From NCBI RefSeq assembly GCF_032191835.1, contig NC_083237.1, forward strand, positions 42,036,001 to 42,100,000: 64,000 bases of DNA, given 5' to 3'. Below are positions 60,104-64,000 of the stretch, piece by piece. Position numbers and translations under genes: made by a program. A model generated the notes under the pieces. It had not been told where the DNA came from and searched no databases. It saw nothing but the letters and a program-made list of their open reading frames with translations. Origin of the DNA: Heteronotia binoei. Lineage: Eukaryota. The number at the start of each line of letters is the position of its first letter. Positions within the stretch are counted from its first letter, which is position 1.

Positions 60104-60456
60104 TGTTGCTTATATGAAAGAAGTGACAGTTTATAGCACATGCTGGAAAGTGAAACTAATGCTGGAGGCTAGATCATCTAGATGACAGCAGGTGGCTGGG
60201 TGCCAGGGATATTGCATCAGCCAGCACAGTCAGCATGACACAACAAGTTGCTGATTGGCTGCACAATGTATAAATGTACAAAGACACTTTGGTGTGTGTG
60301 GGTTAATGAAGTTGGAGTGCAGTGGAGCAGATTGTCAGAGTGGAGAGTGATTAGTGTGTAAATAAATGTATATAGTGGTTTTACAACTACTGTGTGCTGC
60401 AACCTTCATTCTTGTGTCACTAAGGATCACCCTCTTGGGCTCTAAGCGCATTGACA
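60104..60456 (+). repeat. Copia 3' LTR
   Basis: TG..CA; direct repeat of 56553-56904. Confidence 0.97.
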
Positions 60457-63451
60457 CTCTCTTGGTCAGTCTCTGCCAGTTCACAATCCATCAACTTGTA
60501 TTTGTAGCTGGGATTTTTGGCACCAATGTGCATTACTTTGCACTTGGCCACATTGAACCTCATCTGCCACGTTGACGCCCACTCACCCAGCCTCAACAGA
60601 TCCCTTTGGAGTGCCTTACAATCCTCTCTGGTTCTCACCACCCTGAACAATTTAGTGTCATCTGCAAACTTAGCCACTTCACTGCTTACTCCCAACTCCA
60701 GATCATTAATGAACAAGTTAAAGAGCATGGGACCCAGTATTGAGCCCTGCGGCACCCCACTGCTTACCGTCCTCCACTGCGAAGACTGCCCATTTATACT
60801 CACTCTCTGCTTCCTATTAATTAGCCAGTTTTGGATCCACAAGAGGACCTATCCTTTTACTTCATTACTCTTGAGCTTACTAAGGAGCTTTGATGAGGAA
60901 CTTTATCAAAAGCTTTCTGGACATCAAGGTAAACAACATCTATTGAGTCACCTTTGTACACATACTTGTTCACCCCCTCAAAGAACTGTAACAGGTTAGT
61001 GAGGCAAGATCTTCCCTTACAGAACCCATGCTGAGTTTTCCTCAATAACTTGTGTTCATCAATGTGCCTACTCATTCTGGTTTCTACCAACTTTCCTGGT
61101 ATTGAAGTCAGACTGACTGGCCTGTAATTTCCCGGATCTCCTCTGGAACCCTTTTTAAAGATGGGGGTGACATTTGCTACCTTCCAGTCCTCAGGAACGG
61201 AGGTAGATTTCTACGGAGGTAGATTTCAATGCCTCCTCATCTCAGAGAATTGTCAGGAGATCCACAAGTTCAATTTTGAGTTCTTTCAGAACTCTTGGAT
61301 GTATGCCATCTAGACCTAGTGACTTATTCGTTTTTAATTCGTCAATCAGTTGTAGAACTTCCTCTCTTGTCACCTCAATATGACTCAGGTCTTTCAACAC
61401 CCCTTCCAAAAATAGTGGTTCTGGAGCGCGCAAACACTTCTCTTCTTCCACAGTGAAGACGGAGGCAAAAAATGCATCCAGCTTCTCAGCCATTTTCCTA
61501 TCCTCTTTCAGTAATCCTTTGACCCCTTGGTCATCCATGGGGCTCACTGCCTCCCTGGCTGGTTTCCTGCTTCTAATATATTTAAAGAAATTTTTATTGT
61601 TGGTCTTTATGTTTTTTGAAATATGCTCCTCATAGTCCTTTTTTGCCTGTCTGATAACAGTCTTGCATTTGATTTGCCACAGCCTGTGTCCCCTTTTATT
61701 AATCTCACTTGGACTAGCTTTCCACCACTTAAAGGAGTCCTTCTTACCTTTTACAGCTTCCATTACTTTGTTTGTTAACCACGCAGGCCTTCTCTTATAC
61801 CTGTTTGTGTCTTTCCTAACTTGTGGTATAAATTTTATCTGAGCTTCTAGGATTGTAATTTTAAATAGCCCCCAAGCTTCCCCAAGGGTTTTGACAGTAT
61901 TTACCTTTCCTTTCAGTTTCCTCTTCACCTGCCTCCTCATCTCAGAGAATTTACCCCTTTTAAAGTTAAACGTGGTTGTGCTGGTCTTTTGGGGCAACTC
62001 TCTATTTATATAAATGGTGAAATCAATAACGTTATGGTCATTGCTCCCAAGGAGTGTGATCATTTTTACATCTCTCACCAAGTCTTGGGCATTACTTAGG
62101 ACCAAATCCAGGATCACCGCACCCCTGGTAGGTTCTGTGACCATCTGCTCAATAGCACAGTCATTGAGAGCATCTAGAAACTCAATCTCTTTCTCTCAAC
62201 CTGAACACATATTGATCCAATCAATCTGTGGGTAGTGAAAATCACCTATTACAACACAGTTTTTACATTTAGCCGCTATCTTTAATCCTTCCATCATATT
62301 ATAATCATCTTCTATCTTTTGATTAGGTGGGTGATAACAAACTCCCAGAGTTAAATTTCCTTTTGGCCCTCTATTTCGACCCAAAGCATTTCTAAAAGTG
62401 AATCTAATTCTCTGACCTCAGTCTTACTGGACCGTATATCCTCTCTGACATACAGAGCCACCCCACCTCCAACCCTTCCGTTCCTATCCTTCTGATATAA
62501 CTTATATCCAGGAATCATCATGTCCCACTGATTCTCCTCATTCCACCAAGTTTCTGAAATTCCCACAATGAGCCAGCCCTGGATTTGGACTGCCATCATT
62601 GTGAAAAGAAGAACTCAGCTGTTATTCAGTCTTTTAGAGTAAAATTGCAGGTAGAAGAAATTCATGTTTATCAAATAACTTCCTTAAGATGTATGGTCAG
62701 CTTGAGTGTGTGTTTTCAGTTTAAGAGGTTACACTTCCTTTTGCTTCCAAGGAGCAAGTAATTCAATAATTAGTATTAGTTCAATGCTTTTTCCATTCAA
62801 CTAGTGTCTTTTATGTGAGAGATAGGAATGGGGATGACCCTTCTAAGCAGCCCAAAACTATCAATGCTGCTACTTCCTTACAGATATATTGCAAACACTT
62901 AGTAACAATTAAGTGTCCAACAAAGTTAGGCTGCTCTAAGTCCATTGAAGTCAATGGAGTTAGAAAATTGTAACTTTGTTTATCATTGAAAACCTGGCTA
63001 ACTGGTTGATGAAGGGGGAAATACACCCACCCCAGATATCAACAGTCATTATTCATAAGCTGTATTCACACTTTTTTTTTTTAACTTTCCTCAGTAGAAA
63101 TGAATGGAAGTAGTTCAAGGTATTCTTCACACAAACACCATTGATCTATTGTGGCCATTTTTCTTTTTCCTAAGATTTCTCCAAGGTCTCAGGTGGAGGT
63201 CTTTCACATCACCTGCTACTTGATCCTTTGAACTGAAGATGCTATGGATGGAATTTGGGACCTTTTGCATACAAAGCTGATGTTCTATCACTGTGCCACT
63301 GCCTACTGGGAAATTTTCTTGTAGACTGTACCAATAATTTCAGTGAGATTTATCTAACTCTGCACTTGCAGTTTAAATGAATCAACATACTTTCATGGGT
63401 TCTACAGCTGTAAGAATTGGAGAATACAGTAAAACTTCAGCTCTTCTCAAT

Positions 63452-63737
63452 GGTCATTTTCACATTGACCTTAATCAGCAGCGACGACCCTCTTCACCGC
63501 GCAGGATCTGCGCGGATTTCGCACTAATTGCCGCGGAGCACCCAGAAGAGCCGGAAAGTCCCGGCGCTTTTGCGGCGCAAACGGAAACCGCCAAAACCCA
63601 GTTTCCGTTTGCGCCGCAAAAGCGCCGGGACTTTCCGGCTCTTCTGGGTGCTCCGCGGCAATTAGTGCAAAATCCGCGCAGATCCTGCGTGGTGAAGAGT
63701 GTCGTCGCTGCTGATTAAGGTGAATGCGAAAACGACC
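63452..63737. mobile_element. Fold-back MITE, 286 bp, PIF/Harbinger-like
   Basis: Near-perfect palindrome GGTCATTTTCACATT...AATGCGAAAACGACC; 3-bp TSD AAT; related to the 42012 element. Confidence 0.9.
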
Positions 63738-63883
63738 AATGTCTTTTGAAGTAGCTTTCATTGAAAGTTTGCATCCTCATACTTGTTCTGTGGCAATTTC
63801 TTTACCACTGTACAGCCAAAACCAAATTTGTCATTTTACTTCTGCTTTGTCTGTCTTTGTAAAGCTTTTGATTACAAAACAAA

Positions 63884-63951
63884 GAAGATTTGGAGACATG
63901 CTTGAGAATGCTTTGGAGACACGCTTGAGAAGATTTGGAGACATGCTTGAA
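63884..63951. repeat. Short tandem repeat, 3 copies of about 22 bp
   Basis: gaagatttggagacatgcttga and variants. Confidence 0.9.
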
Positions 63952-64000
63952 GCAGCTATCCCACATCGTTTCAGCTGTCTTGGCACTGGGTGGGGGGAAT

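Larger units (their letters stand above)
56553..60456 (+). mobile_element. Ty1/copia LTR retrotransposon lacking RT/RNase H
   Basis: TG..CA LTRs, 5-bp TSD CTCTC (56548-56552, 60457-60461), PBS, PPT, gag-PR-IN order. Confidence 0.97.
55906..62600 (-). mobile_element. Long CR1 LINE (ORF2 endonuclease + RT, decayed), split by the Copia insertion
   Basis: APE motifs GISETWW, GGGVALYV, IGDFHYP, ILDLVLSN, DHN; RT motifs on both sides of the insertion; the CR1 sequence rejoins exactly across the TSD. Confidence 0.95.

Noticed and set aside
63377-63761. Near-identical ORFs on both strands
   Set aside because: An artefact of the palindromic MITE.

Overview
Vertebrate nuclear DNA, inferred from the repeat families to be a squamate reptile, probably a gecko. 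It holds an olfactory receptor (OR) cluster with five intact single-exon ORs and one 5'-deleted OR pseudogene, all on the minus strand, in a dense transposon landscape with two N-gaps. The largest mobile elements are three decayed tyrosine-recombinase (YR) retrotransposons of Ngaro-like organisation (gag with a C3H finger, RT/RNase H, YR, SGNH-hydrolase ORF4, no methyltransferase). There is also a Ty1/copia element that lacks RT/RNase H and is nested in a CR1 LINE, a second CR1, and a Gypsy integrase fragment inside the first YR element. Smaller elements include hAT and Harbinger-type MITEs with clear TSDs, Penelope-like ends carrying minimal hammerhead motifs, and tRNA-, 5S- and Sauria-type SINEs. 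The best lead is how the SGNH ORF4 is expressed: a conserved 3' splice acceptor sits right before it and phase-compatible donors lie early in gag, suggesting a spliced Gag-N/SGNH fusion protein. All alignments were done by eye, and family names come from recalled motifs, not database searches.
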